64,000 nt of DNA from Bacillota bacterium (GCA_021811155.1 JAJZPO010000002.1:6042-70041), one strand, 5' to 3'; counted from the stretch's first letter, positions 24,948 to 36,998 are shown. Program-made: numbers and translations. The notes: a model not told the origin generated them from the sequence alone.

Positions 24948-26915
24948 TTACCCCTTTTTCCTAGCCCTGTCAATTTCTTCGGCTATTTCGCTCAGATAGG
25001 CCCATCTCTCGATTAGAATTTGTAAACGTTCCTGCAGTTCTTGCTGTTTTTTGGTCATCTCTATCAGCAAGCCATAATCGCTGCCGGCAAGGTTTATTCT
25101 GGCGTTGACTTCCTCTAATTCTTTTTCGGTCTCTGCGATAATATTATCAATTTGCTCGTACTCTTTTTGCTCTTTAAAAGTGAATTTCGCCGGTTTGGCA
25201 GTAAGTCCAGCGATGTTTGGGTTTTTTAAGCCAGAATTGTTCATTGTCTGAAACTGTTTGCTAAAGTTAGTCTTGTTGTTGTTTGTTTCTGACTGCTCGG
25301 TCTGACTGTCGAGATATTCAGAGTAATTGCCTGTATAATGGCTAATTTCCCCGCCTGGTTTAAAAGCAAGAATTTTTTCTGCGACACGGTCAAGAAAATA
25401 CCTGTCGTGGGAAACCGCAATGACTGCCCCTGGAAAGTTGTCAAGGTAGTCCTCTAGGATAGTAAGTGTCTGAATGTCCAGATCATTTGTTGGTTCATCC
25501 AAGAGTAAGACGTTGGGGGCGCTCATTAGTATGCGCAAAAGGTAGAGTCTTCTCTTTTCTCCCCCGGAAAGCTTCGAGATGAGTGTCCACTGTACACGGG
25601 GCGGAAAGAGAAACCTATCCAACATTTGTGAGGCTGTGATTATCGCTCCAGCGCCGGTATTGATAATTTCGGCCTCTTCTTTAATATAGTCGATTACCTT
25701 GAGGTTCTCATTAATCGCCACATTTTCTTGGGAAAAGTATCCAATTTTTACCGTCTCCCCTACTTCTATCCTTCCCCCATCAGGGGTTAAGCTCCCGGCC
25801 ATAATGTTAAGCAGGGTAGATTTGCCGCATCCATTAGGACCGATTATGCCGATCCGGTCCCCTTTGGCAACAATATAGCTAAAGTTTTTAATTATTTGGC
25901 GGCCGGAAAATTGTTTACTGATGTTTTCAATTTCAATAACCTTTTTTCCGAGTCTGGAGCTGCCCGAAGAGATTTCTATTTTATCCGGGCTGACAGCGGG
26001 CTTCTGGCTTTCTAAGGCATAAAACCGGTCAAGCCTAGCCTTTTGTTTCGTGGTTCGGGCCTTGGCGCCGCGTCTTACCCAGGACAATTCATTCCGCAAG
26101 AGATTCTGCCTTTTACTTTCTCTGGCTTGCTCTTGTTCTTGGCGAATTATCTTTGATTCCAGGAAAACACTGTAGTTGCCAGAGTAGGAATATAGTTTAC
26201 CTCTATCCAGTTCAAAGATTGTGTTAGTAACCCTGTCCAAAAAGAATCTATCGTGGGTAATGAGTATTAAGGTCCCTTTGCGTTGATTTAAGTACTGTTC
26301 CAGCCAATCTGCGGTTTGGCTATCGATATGGTTGGTCGGTTCATCAAGAATTAGCAGGTCTGACGGGGTGATCAGGGCGCTGGCAAGAGCAACTCTTTTT
26401 CGCATTCCGCCGGACAGCAGCTCAATCCTGGCGTCAAAATCGGAAATCTTTAGGCGCGTCAGGATTGCCTTAGCTTCGGATTCTAACTGCCAGGCTCCCT
26501 GTTCATCCATCTTTTGCCCTAAAGCCAGTAGTTTGGTTTGCCAAGCAGGCTCTTCCGGTTGTTGTTGAACCTTCTCCAAAACATACTCATACTCCCTAAG
26601 AAGCTGCATTACGGGAGAATTTCCTTTAAAGACTTGTTCAAGTACTGTAGCCCCAGTCTGGAATTCTGGGTTTTGCAGGAGGAAACCGATCTTTAAGCCG
26701 CCTGCCAAGGTTATTTTGCCAGTATCGGGGATTTCTGCCCCAGCGATAATCTTAAGCAGAGTTGATTTTCCAGTCCCGTTGATTCCAATTAACCCGATTT
26801 TTTGTGAGTCATCCAGGCCGAAATTAATATTCTCAAAAAGAACCTTTGTTCCATAAGATTTCCCTAGGTTGTCTGCAGTAAAGATGTTCACTTCAGTTTT
26901 CTCCTCATGTATCAA
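24948..26915 (-). CDS. ABC-F family ATPase (Uup-like, with C-terminal coiled coil)
   Basis: 655 aa. Two ABC cassettes (GINGTGKST / LSGGMRKR / LILDEPTNHID, and GPNGCGKST / LSGGEKRR / [11 protein letters not shown]). No TM domain. Confidence 0.92.
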   Translation of the reverse strand: MIHEEKTEVNIFTADNLGKSYGTKVLFENINFGLDDSQKIGLIGINGTGKSTLLKIIAGAEIPDTGKITLAGGLKIGFLLQNPEFQTGATVLEQVFKGNSPVMQLLREYEYVLEKVQQQPEEPAWQTKLLALGQKMDEQGAWQLESEAKAILTRLKISDFDARIELLSGGMRKRVALASALITPSDLLILDEPTNHIDSQTADWLEQYLNQRKGTLILITHDRFFLDRVTNTIFELDRGKLYSYSGNYSVFLESKIIRQEQEQARESKRQNLLRNELSWVRRGAKARTTKQKARLDRFYALESQKPAVSPDKIEISSGSSRLGKKVIEIENISKQFSGRQIIKNFSYIVAKGDRIGIIGPNGCGKSTLLNIMAGSLTPDGGRIEVGETVKIGYFSQENVAINENLKVIDYIKEEAEIINTGAGAIITASQMLDRFLFPPRVQWTLISKLSGGEKRRLYLLRILMSAPNVLLLDEPTNDLDIQTLTILEDYLDNFPGAVIAVSHDRYFLDRVAEKILAFKPGGEISHYTGNYSEYLDSQTEQSETNNNKTNFSKQFQTMNNSGLKNPNIAGLTAKPAKFTFKEQKEYEQIDNIIAETEKELEEVNARINLAGSDYGLLIEMTKKQQELQERLQILIERWAYLSEIAEEIDRARKKG

Positions 26916-26998
26916 CTAGCCGTAAAGGGGCTGAAACCTTGATTTACCGGAGTTTCAGCCCCTCAACGATTATACACTTATTATTGAAACTGCGCCAA

Positions 26999-27679
26999 TT
27001 AGGCTTTTCTATTTTGCCTTTTTTTCTCCGCAAGCCAATCGAGGCTGAGGCAAGTCGCAGCGAGTATTAGATACAGAATTTGTGCTTGGGAAAACCCCGC
27101 CCAAAAATTCTGTTTGAACCGGTCTAATACCAAAATGCCTACCTGACCTATGCTAAACCAAAATATGATCTGATTTATCTTAGCAGGCTTTCCGACTGGG
27201 CCTCTCAGAGAACTTAGCAAAAGGATCAGCAGAGCCAGCAGGACTTCACTCCCACTGATCCATATCGCTTGCTTACTGACGAACAGGTCAATTAAATAGT
27301 ACACTGCCCAGGCAGTCAAGAAACCCGCTGCCAATAAATCTCCGTAAACCCAAATCGAAACTCGATCCTTTCTCGAACGGTAATAGAAGAATGAGACAAC
27401 GACTACCGCTGCCAGCCATACCCCAGGCACCCCACCGGAAAAATACAGCAAGACTAAAGGATTGGTCAAAACGGTTACCGGCTCGAAAACCAGCAAGCTA
27501 AATTTCCATACTACAATAGCTATAATAAGGTTGTTCTCAATAGCCTCAATAACTCGCTCGCCTATTCCACCGGCCTTTAAGCGGTATCTGATCACAAAAT
27601 AGGCAGAAAGAACTGAAACAATTATAACTAACCATTGAGTGTTAAGCACAACATGACCGATATGCAGTGCACCTGGCAT
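26999..27679 (-). CDS. Integral membrane protein, unknown function
   Basis: 226 aa, 6-7 hydrophobic helices. Confidence 0.65.
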   Translation of the reverse strand: MPGALHIGHVVLNTQWLVIIVSVLSAYFVIRYRLKAGGIGERVIEAIENNLIIAIVVWKFSLLVFEPVTVLTNPLVLLYFSGGVPGVWLAAVVVVSFFYYRSRKDRVSIWVYGDLLAAGFLTAWAVYYLIDLFVSKQAIWISGSEVLLALLILLLSSLRGPVGKPAKINQIIFWFSIGQVGILVLDRFKQNFWAGFSQAQILYLILAATCLSLDWLAEKKRQNRKA

Positions 27680-27769
27680 CTATTCCATCCCTTTCTTAAT
27701 GTCTGTACCTCTCGGATATAAGATGCTATAATATAGCGTTAGAAAATTTAAAGACAAGGAAAGATTTAA

Positions 27770-29386
<1,617 letters not shown>

Positions 29387-29499
29387 CTGTAGTTCAAGCC
29401 CATGATTGTGGTGCCTTTGATATTATACCATGTGCAGCGGCTTGCCGTTAATGCCCTGCTGCCTCCATAATTTTCTCAGACAAGTCTGGTGGGCATGAA

Positions 29500-29856
29500 T
29501 TATAGTTTGTCTTCGATTGATTTAAAATAAGATTTGGCTACCTCACATAAGAACTTTATGGGCCCAAGCCCTTTGCCCGACACGATTGCAATGAGTTTTT
29601 TCAGCTCCTCATCCGCCGTGTCGTTTGCAGAAGTTAACAAATCAATAAGACTGACGTCAAGGTTATCGGCTATGTTCACCAACAGTTCTAGTGAGGGAGT
29701 TTTCTTCCCCCGCTCCAAATAACCCAGATACGACCCGGTAATATTAACTTTTTCTGCCAGTTTTCCCTGAGTGAGGCCTTTGGCAACGCGAAACAGCTTT
29801 ATGTTTTTAGCAACTACTTCCAGTATCTCTGACACACCAATCGCCCCTATCTTCAT
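29500..29856 (-). CDS. XRE-family HTH transcriptional regulator
   Basis: LFRVAKGLTQGKLAEKVNITGSYLGYLERGKKTPSLELLVNIADNLDVSL. Confidence 0.85.
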   Translation of the reverse strand: MKIGAIGVSEILEVVAKNIKLFRVAKGLTQGKLAEKVNITGSYLGYLERGKKTPSLELLVNIADNLDVSLIDLLTSANDTADEELKKLIAIVSGKGLGPIKFLCEVAKSYFKSIEDKL

Positions 29857-30011
29857 CGTAAAGAGGGACCGTTCAGCATTATCTAAACTATTTGTTTATA
29901 AAATGGTTGAATATTTGGACTTTAAGTATTAGAATTAAGCTAACATTTATTTACTTATATAATAACCTTTGCTAAACGACGCTTAATCATCCCTTAAAAA
30001 TAAAAAATAAT

Positions 30012-30105
30012 CTGTCAAAGGCAAAACGTCTGAAAGGACGTGACGCAAAGCTATGGGTCTAAAGCAATTGGATTGCTAGGATTGCCAGGCTACCGGAGAA
30101 TAGCG
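30012..30105 (+). promoter_or_regulatory. c-di-GMP-I (GEMM-I) riboswitch aptamer
   Basis: GGCAAAACGUCU-GAAA-GGACGU-GACGCAAAGCUAUGGGUCUAAAGCAAUUG...GGCUACCGGAG aligns with the conserved GGCAAAC..GAAA..GACGCAAAGC..GG.CUAAA core of the Vc2-type aptamer as I recall it. Confidence 0.8.
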
Positions 30106-30107
30106 TT

Positions 30108-30155
30108 GAACCCTAGACCGACGACGTTCCTTCGGTATAGGGTTCTGTTTTTATG
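30108..30155 (+). terminator. Expression-platform terminator of the c-di-GMP riboswitch
   Basis: gaacccta / tagggttc stem with an inner ccga/tcgg stem, then tgttttta. Lies 22 nt before the HD-GYP start. Confidence 0.75.
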
Positions 30156-30176
30156 ACTTTTTTTCAGAGGTGACTT

Positions 30177-30866
30177 ATGGATTCCGACGTGAGGAATATT
30201 TTGTTCTTGGAAATGGAAAACGCTCGGCTTTGTGGTGAAATTCTAAGCCGAACTTCCAACCTTCTCGCAATTTTGAGTAAAACCATAGCTGCCAAAGATA
30301 GGGCAACAAAATTACATTCAGTCCGTGTAACCAAGTATTCAATGATGATTGGGAGGCAGTTAGGCTTACCGGAAGAAGAAATGGAGTTGGTATACCAGGG
30401 CGCTTTGTTGCATGACCTCGGTAAGATTGGTATCAGCGACAATGTTTTATTAAAACCTGATAAGCTTACGCTTACGGAATTTGAAACAATTCAGGATCAC
30501 CCGAAAATCGGAGCAAGAATTCTACAAGCAGCCCCACAGTTTAAGGCTATTGTACCCACTGTCCTTTATCATCATGAACGATTTGATGGTAGAGGGTATC
30601 CCAATGGACTAAGGGAAGTTGAGATTCCACTACATGCTCGTATTATTTGTGTATCGGATTCTTTCGAGGCTATGACAGCAAGTCGACCATATCGTAAGGC
30701 TGTGTCGGTTGAATACGCAATTGATGAACTGCGCTTACATTCCGGCACCCAATTTGATCCGGAGATTGTACAAGCCTTTATTGATGCTATGAAAAACAAT
30801 AAGTTTAAGCGCAGTCTAACACGAGGATGCCTTGAGAATCGACTAAGAAAGCGGTATAATCTGTAA
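30177..30866 (+). CDS. HD-GYP domain c-di-GMP phosphodiesterase
   Basis: HSVRV..., LLHDLGKIGI, HHERFDGRGYPNGL (HD...HHExxDGxGYP). Confidence 0.9.
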   Translation: MDSDVRNILFLEMENARLCGEILSRTSNLLAILSKTIAAKDRATKLHSVRVTKYSMMIGRQLGLPEEEMELVYQGALLHDLGKIGISDNVLLKPDKLTLTEFETIQDHPKIGARILQAAPQFKAIVPTVLYHHERFDGRGYPNGLREVEIPLHARIICVSDSFEAMTASRPYRKAVSVEYAIDELRLHSGTQFDPEIVQAFIDAMKNNKFKRSLTRGCLENRLRKRYNL

Positions 30867-30877
30867 GGAGTGTGTAA

Positions 30878-31138
30878 GTGAAGGAAATTTGGAGTTTAGA
30901 TAAGCTTGAGCGAAGCGAAGCGATTAGTTATCAAGAGTTGAGAAGGAGCACAGCAATGCCTTACTTCGCTTGCCCGAAGTGTGGCACTAAAATGTACAGT
31001 GCATATGACCATAGGGAATGTGAAATCGTGGTCTGCGCAAGCTGTAATTCACAATTCGCCAATCCACACTTCAGGCCAACACCCGAACATAAGGCTACTG
31101 CTACTAAACAGGCTGAAGAAGATGCAGAGTCTGAATAG
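30878..31138 (+). CDS. Small zinc-ribbon protein
   Basis: 86 aa. CPKCG...CASC. GTG start 7 nt after AAGGAG. Co-oriented 11 nt after the HD-GYP gene. Confidence 0.6.
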   Translation: MKEIWSLDKLERSEAISYQELRRSTAMPYFACPKCGTKMYSAYDHRECEIVVCASCNSQFANPHFRPTPEHKATATKQAEEDAESE

Positions 31139-31177
31139 ACGTTTCTAGCCCAAATGGATTAGAGAAGCGAGTAGCTG

Positions 31178-31215
31178 CAAATCCCTGACCGAAAGGTTGG
31201 GGATTTGTTATTATT
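31178..31215 (+). terminator. Rho-independent terminator
   Basis: caaatccctgacc-gaaa-ggttggggatttg followed by ttattatt. Confidence 0.75.
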
Positions 31216-31293
31216 GGAGCAGAATGGCGCTACCTGGGTCAGCCAGGAATAGACTTTACAGGCAGCCGATTTCCGTCAAACTGTGAACAGGCA

Positions 31294-31351
31294 CAAAAAA
31301 AGGGCCTGAACCTGCTCATGCGAAAGGGTTTCAGGCCCTTTTTCTTTTTTT
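31294..31351. terminator. Bidirectional terminator
   Basis: A-run, agggcctgaa...ttcaggccct, then T-run. It serves the minus-strand DMT gene. Confidence 0.8.
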
Positions 31352-31376
31352 GCGATGTCTTCAGATCCGGTTTTGG

Positions 31377-32366
31377 TTAATTTGCAAACGCAGTTGTGCC
31401 CCAAACGCCGGCAATAATCAATCCTATCCCAGCCGATTCGACCCAGCCGAAGGAGTCTCCTTGGAACAGTACTCCGCCAACCACAGACACCACAGTTATA
31501 AGGTTGATGAGAGGCGCCGACTGGCTGACCTTCAAACCGGAAAGGGCATAATTGTAAAGAAAGAAGCCTCCTACCGAGGAGAGAAAACCGAGATAAATAA
31601 CCGCAACCAACACCGGGGGGTTGCTTAAGGGGCTTAAGTAAGTCCACACTGTTCCTTGACTCGCACTTTGAGAAATTCCGATTAGATTAAACAGAATGGC
31701 TCCCATCCACATCATGACAAAAGTAATTTCGACTGATGTAAACCTTTGGGAAGATATCTTGGTCAGAATGCTGTACACAGATGTTGAGATTACAGCCAGA
31801 AGTAAAGCTAGGATGCCAAAGGCATGCTGGCCTATTGACAACTGCCCTTTAGTTCCGACAATGACAAATACCCCGATCACTGAAGCGATAACAGACAAGA
31901 CTTGTAAAACCCGCATGCGTTCGTGCAGAAAAATGGCAGCCATGAGAGCCGTAGTCACCGGAACAATTCCAATAACCATTCCTGCTTCAGAGGCTGAGGT
32001 CCATTTAACCCCCCAAGTCTCGCCAATAAAATAGAGAAACGGCTGGAATAAGGACAGGAGGATTAGTGAACCTATGCCCTTACCCTTGAAATCTAGTTTG
32101 ATTAACCGCAATGCGGCTAAAACTGACATAAGCGAGGCACCAGCCGCAAAGCGCAGGCCCAGTACCTGCATGGGAAAAGTGTAGCTCAGGGCATCTTTTG
32201 TAAACAGGAAAGAGATTCCCCAAAGAAACGCTGTGGCAATACCTGCCAACATCGGCATTGGGGATGAAGTCTTCTGAGATTCCGGTACCTTTGAACCAAC
32301 GACAGCCAGCACATGGCTGTTCGCGTGGGTTTTTGTTTGCGCCGTCTTGATTGTGATCCTTCCCAT
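31377..32366 (-). CDS. DMT-superfamily (EamA) transporter
   Basis: 329 aa, 10 TM segments, two EamA repeats (FLWGISFLFTK...). The true start may be the internal MPMLAGIA. Confidence 0.88.
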   Translation of the reverse strand: MGRITIKTAQTKTHANSHVLAVVGSKVPESQKTSSPMPMLAGIATAFLWGISFLFTKDALSYTFPMQVLGLRFAAGASLMSVLAALRLIKLDFKGKGIGSLILLSLFQPFLYFIGETWGVKWTSASEAGMVIGIVPVTTALMAAIFLHERMRVLQVLSVIASVIGVFVIVGTKGQLSIGQHAFGILALLLAVISTSVYSILTKISSQRFTSVEITFVMMWMGAILFNLIGISQSASQGTVWTYLSPLSNPPVLVAVIYLGFLSSVGGFFLYNYALSGLKVSQSAPLINLITVVSVVGGVLFQGDSFGWVESAGIGLIIAGVWGTTAFAN

Positions 32367-32817
32367 CTTTGCTGCATTTTTTGTTAGGTAAGTCTAGACG
32401 TACCAACTACAGATTATCAAATGCTTAACTGTATTCATACGTTATGGCGGAAACTGTCATAACCATTACCCTCAAGACCTTATATCTTGACAATATTTCG
32501 CGCTTTATTCTACAAATCCTGCAATTTCTTTAACAGGGTATCAAAGCCAGGAGTTAGGCGTTAAGGCTTCCTGCAGCACATTACCCGGGGCATTAGTAAG
32601 CCCCTCCCGCATATATTAGGCAAATTGGCATAGTAGACGCTTATGTCCTATACCCAGAAATAACTTGCCTGAATTATCTTGCCAGAGGGGCTTTATTCCT
32701 TATTGATGCGGCCACTTGGGTCAGCATCGAGATCAAGCCCATCAATGCAAAACTTCTTTACGGTTGCAGGATTTTTCTGGTATTGATGTGGAATAGGTTG
32801 TGAAAAGGAGACTGAAT

Positions 32818-33663
32818 ATGAAGTGTTTAGAGTATTACCGTACAACCCCTGACGGGCAAAAGTTGTTTGGTCGCGAGTGGCTCCCCGACCAGGCTCCCTT
32901 GGGTGTTGTTTGCCTGGTGCACGGCCTGGGAGAACATACCGGCCGCTATACACACCTTGCCAATGCGTTAACGGCTGAGGGCTACGCCTTAGCGGGCTAT
33001 GATTTGCGCGGCCACGGAAGATCAGAAGGCAAACGGGGACATGCCTCTTCCTATGAGGCATTGCTGGATGACATAGAGCTTCTTTTAAAGGCAGTTAACG
33101 AACAGTTTTCAGGCTCTCCCACGTTTCTTTACGGGCATAGTTTAGGAGGAAATCTGGTATTGAATTATGTCTTGCGTCGGAAGCCCGGATTAACGGGGGT
33201 AATAGTAACCAGTCCCTGGCTGCGTCTCTCTTTCGCCCCTTCGGCCCTGCAAGTAAAGCTTGCCTGGCTGCTCAGTCATGTTTGGCCCGGATTTACCCGA
33301 GCGAACAGCCTGGACACAAAGGCGCTCTGCCATGATCAAAGCGTGATATTTGCTTATGAAAATGACCCTGATGTCCATAATCGCATCTCGCTGAGCTTAT
33401 TTGCCAGTACTTACGATGCAGGGCTTTGGGCGCTTTCTAACAGCTTGCGCTTTCATCTTCCCCTGCTGCTTATGCATGGCAGCGAGGACCGGATCACAAG
33501 TCCTGAGGCCAGCAGGGAATTTTCCAGCCGCGTCAGCGGTGAATGCACCTTCAAAATTTGGGATGGACTGCTGCATGAGACCCATAACGAACCCCAAAGG
33601 GATGAGGTATTTGCGTTTGTGTCAGAATGGTTAAAGGCGCACACCCCGGTCCAGTCTCATTAG
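32818..33663 (+). CDS. Alpha/beta hydrolase (lysophospholipase / monoacylglycerol lipase-like)
   Basis: VHGLGEHTGRY, nucleophile elbow GHSLGG, C-terminal His. ATG 32818 lies 7 nt after AAGGAG. Confidence 0.88.
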   Translation: MKCLEYYRTTPDGQKLFGREWLPDQAPLGVVCLVHGLGEHTGRYTHLANALTAEGYALAGYDLRGHGRSEGKRGHASSYEALLDDIELLLKAVNEQFSGSPTFLYGHSLGGNLVLNYVLRRKPGLTGVIVTSPWLRLSFAPSALQVKLAWLLSHVWPGFTRANSLDTKALCHDQSVIFAYENDPDVHNRISLSLFASTYDAGLWALSNSLRFHLPLLLMHGSEDRITSPEASREFSSRVSGECTFKIWDGLLHETHNEPQRDEVFAFVSEWLKAHTPVQSH

Positions 33664-33934
33664 GATTATCAATGTCGGAGTGCAGCATGCTCTGGTCCAG
33701 TCCGGAGTTTTTGCAATCGTCAGGGTTGCGGTGCGGAAGGACCAGGCAATTTGGTAACAATAATCACGCTTGGTATCTGTTGGTGAGCCAAACGTCTGCC
33801 TGACGCAGCATTTTTTAGAGAATGTGCTTGCCTATTCAGTTTCTACGTAATATATTATTTAACGGTATCAACCAATGGCTTTCCACTTACTGTGGCACTT
33901 GCCACCCGGAACCCGGGAAAGGAGTCTGTGAAAA

Positions 33935-35227
33935 TTGATGAATCCGCTTGCCAGTAATCTGAATAAGCAGATCCAGGAAGAAAGCAGCTATATCTACGAA
34001 ATGTTATCCGAACTGGGTAAACAACTTTATTATCCCAAAGGCATCCTTACCCAAACGGCAGAGGCGAAACAGAAAGCATCCCGTTTTAACGCCACCATCG
34101 GGATTGCCACGGAAGAAGGTCATCCCATGTATCTGCCCGTACTGCAAGAAACCCTATCGTTCTACGACCCCAAGGAACTTTACGACTACGCCCCTCCCGC
34201 TGGCAAGCCCGAGCTCAGGTCAATCTGGCGGCAGAAACTTTTACTGGAAAATCCCTCTCTCAAAGACAAAAGCATTGGCAATCCGATTGTTACCAATGCG
34301 TTAACCCATGGTTTAAGTGTCATTGCCGATATGTTTGTGGATCGGGACGACCCGCTTATTTTGCCTGATAAGTATTGGGGCAACTACTCGATGATTTTTG
34401 GCGTGCGCCAGGGAGCCAGGATAGTCACCTATCCTTTCTTCACCGATGAGGGGAAGATGAACATCTCAGACTTGAAACAAACCTTGCTGGCTCAAAGAGA
34501 GCAGCACAAGGCCATACTCTTGCTTAATTTCCCGAACAACCCGACCGGCTATACCCCGGATGAGGCAGACGCAGATGAAATCGTTCAGACAGTACTGGAA
34601 GCTGCCGAACAGGGAATGAACCTGATTGTAGTATCTGACGACGCCTATTTTGGACTTTTCTATGAAAATTCGCTGTCAGAATCCTTATTTGCCCGGTTGG
34701 CGAACATCCATCCCAGGGTATTAGCGATCAAGGTGGACGGAGCAACCAAAGAGGAATACGTCTGGGGCTTTCGCGTAGGGTTTTTGACCTTTGCTGCCGA
34801 AAGTCCGGCCGTTCTTGCCGCGTTGGAGCAAAAAGCCTTAGGAATCATACGCGGAACAATTTCCAACGCGTCTCACCCCTCTCAGACCTTCGTCCTGCAC
34901 GCACTGGAGTCTCCCGACTTTCAAACTCAGAAACTGGAAAAATACAACATTCTGGCAGCCCGGGCCAGAAAAGTCAAGCAGGTGCTTGACAGCGGCAAGT
35001 ATGATGATGCCTGGAGTTATTATCCTTTTAACTCAGGCTACTTTATGTGCTTAAAATTAAAATCAGTGAACGCCGAGCAATTGCGCAAGCATCTCTTGGA
35101 GACTTATGGCGTAGGGGTAATCTCTCTGGGAGAAACCGACATGCGGGTAGCCTTTTCATGTGTTGAGGAAAAAGACATTAAAGAACTGTTTGACCTGATT
35201 TATCAGGGAGCAAAGGATCTAACCTAA
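33935..35227 (+). CDS. Class I/II PLP-dependent aminotransferase
   Basis: 430 aa. NFPNNPTGYTP, SDDAYFGLFY, and a Lys region KVDGATKEEYVWGFRVG. Confidence 0.88.
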   Translation: MMNPLASNLNKQIQEESSYIYEMLSELGKQLYYPKGILTQTAEAKQKASRFNATIGIATEEGHPMYLPVLQETLSFYDPKELYDYAPPAGKPELRSIWRQKLLLENPSLKDKSIGNPIVTNALTHGLSVIADMFVDRDDPLILPDKYWGNYSMIFGVRQGARIVTYPFFTDEGKMNISDLKQTLLAQREQHKAILLLNFPNNPTGYTPDEADADEIVQTVLEAAEQGMNLIVVSDDAYFGLFYENSLSESLFARLANIHPRVLAIKVDGATKEEYVWGFRVGFLTFAAESPAVLAALEQKALGIIRGTISNASHPSQTFVLHALESPDFQTQKLEKYNILAARARKVKQVLDSGKYDDAWSYYPFNSGYFMCLKLKSVNAEQLRKHLLETYGVGVISLGETDMRVAFSCVEEKDIKELFDLIYQGAKDLT

Positions 35228-35380
35228 CCTGCAAGAACTTCATTTTTAGTTTAAGAAACAATTTCCAAGTTTAACACCGTCCAGAATGGGCGGTTTTAAA
35301 CTATTAACCAACAAAATGCTCTTTATGTTTTCCTCAACTGCTGATAAACTGAAGATTAAGTTGCTTGAGGAGAATTATTT

Positions 35381-36922
35381 ATGTCAACAAAATCAGTTGC
35401 CAAGGCTGCCGGGCTGATTGCCGCAGCAAGCCTTCTTTCCAGGGTGTTAGGGTTCTTAAGGGAGGCTCTAATCTCCGGGTTCTTTGGCAAAAGCTATGTC
35501 ACAGACGCGTATCTTGCAGGGTTTGCTGTCCCTGACCTTTTTTACAATCTATTGGTTGTTGGAGCATTGAGTTCAGCCTTTATTCCCGTGCTGTCGGGTT
35601 ACATCGCTGAGAAAAAGCGCCAGGAAGCATGGTATGTGGCCAGCTCAGTCATGAATCTGGTGGTGGCACTGCTGTGCATCCTAACCATTCTGGCCTTGAT
35701 TTTTGCGCCCCAAATCATCGCCTTGTACATTCCTGACGCGCCGGCTAAAACCAAGGTGTTGGCCACCTCAATCACGCGCATTTTGCTGTTTCAGCCCATA
35801 TTGCTGAGTTTGAGCGGTTTCAGCATGGGAATTCTCAATTCCCTCAAAATCTTTGGCCCCCCCGCTATCGGCTCAGTAATTTATGTCTTGTCGGTGATAG
35901 TTTTCGGCACTTTGTTGAAGCCCTTTATCGGTATCAAGGGATTTGCCATCGGGGTAGTACTGGGCGCCCTGGGCAATTTTCTGATCCAGGTTCCAGCCTT
36001 GCGCAGGGTCGGGTTTCGCTACAGGTTCAGCTTGAACTTCCGCCATCCCGGAGTGCGCAGGGTGGCTGCCCTGGCTTTGCCGATAATTTTTTCCTTTGGC
36101 CTTGGGCAGATCCCGGTGGTTGTCTATCAGAACCTGGCTTCATCCCTGCCGGCAGGGAGCTTGTCCTCTCTAATGTACGCTTATCGACTGCAGCAGCTGC
36201 CGATCGGCATCTTTGCTTACAGTGTTGGTCTGGCTGTTTTTCCAACCTTGACCGAAGCCATTGCCTTGAATCGCTGGCAGCAGTTCCGTGATTCATTTTC
36301 CCTCGCCTTGCGCAGCATCATGTTTATCACCATTCCAATTTCGGTTGGCATGATGATTCTGGCGGAACCCCTTATCCATGTTGTGTTTCAGCATGGGTTG
36401 TTTACGCACAAGGACACATTGGCCACCGTGCCGGCGCTGGTATTCTTTGCCTTCGGCATAGTGGAGCAGTCCGCTTCGGTGGTTTTGCCCCGTACTTTTT
36501 ATGCCTTGCAGGATACCTGGACTCCGGTTGTTTTGAGTGCAATTACCCTGGCAGTAAATATTGTCTTGATGAACGTGCTGGTTCGTCCCCTGGCACAGGG
36601 AGGACTGGCTTTGGCTATATCAATTAGCGGCATTGTCAATATGCTTCTTTTGCTCTTTGCCTTGAAGAAGAAAATCGGCTTTATCGACGGCCGGCGGATT
36701 GTGACATCCCTGCTGAAGATTCTGGTCGGTTCAACTCTGATGGGTTTGGTGGTGTATCTGACCTACCACCTCACATTAAAGCTGGTCGGGGCCGGTTTTG
36801 TGGGAGCGCTGATCAACCTGATTGTTGGCGCGGTGGTTGGGGCGCTGGTTTTTCTCTTCCTTGCCGTAGTTTTGCGCATGCAGGAATTGAAATTTGTCTT
36901 GAAGGTCGCCGCCCGGCGCTAG
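35381..36922 (+). CDS. murJ: Lipid II flippase MurJ
   Basis: 513 aa. LLSRVLGFLREALISGFFG...DAYLAGFAVPDLFYNLL, 14 TM segments. Confidence 0.92.
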   Translation: MSTKSVAKAAGLIAAASLLSRVLGFLREALISGFFGKSYVTDAYLAGFAVPDLFYNLLVVGALSSAFIPVLSGYIAEKKRQEAWYVASSVMNLVVALLCILTILALIFAPQIIALYIPDAPAKTKVLATSITRILLFQPILLSLSGFSMGILNSLKIFGPPAIGSVIYVLSVIVFGTLLKPFIGIKGFAIGVVLGALGNFLIQVPALRRVGFRYRFSLNFRHPGVRRVAALALPIIFSFGLGQIPVVVYQNLASSLPAGSLSSLMYAYRLQQLPIGIFAYSVGLAVFPTLTEAIALNRWQQFRDSFSLALRSIMFITIPISVGMMILAEPLIHVVFQHGLFTHKDTLATVPALVFFAFGIVEQSASVVLPRTFYALQDTWTPVVLSAITLAVNIVLMNVLVRPLAQGGLALAISISGIVNMLLLLFALKKKIGFIDGRRIVTSLLKILVGSTLMGLVVYLTYHLTLKLVGAGFVGALINLIVGAVVGALVFLFLAVVLRMQELKFVLKVAARR

Positions 36923-36957
36923 GAAGTAAACTGCATAGATGTCAGGGTGACAAAGCG

Positions 36958-36998
36958 ACAGGGAACAGCGTTAAATCACTGTTCCCTGTTTCCGTTTA
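36958..36998 (+). terminator. Rho-independent terminator of murJ
   Basis: acagggaacag / ctgttccctgt stem followed by ttccgtttat. Confidence 0.75.
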
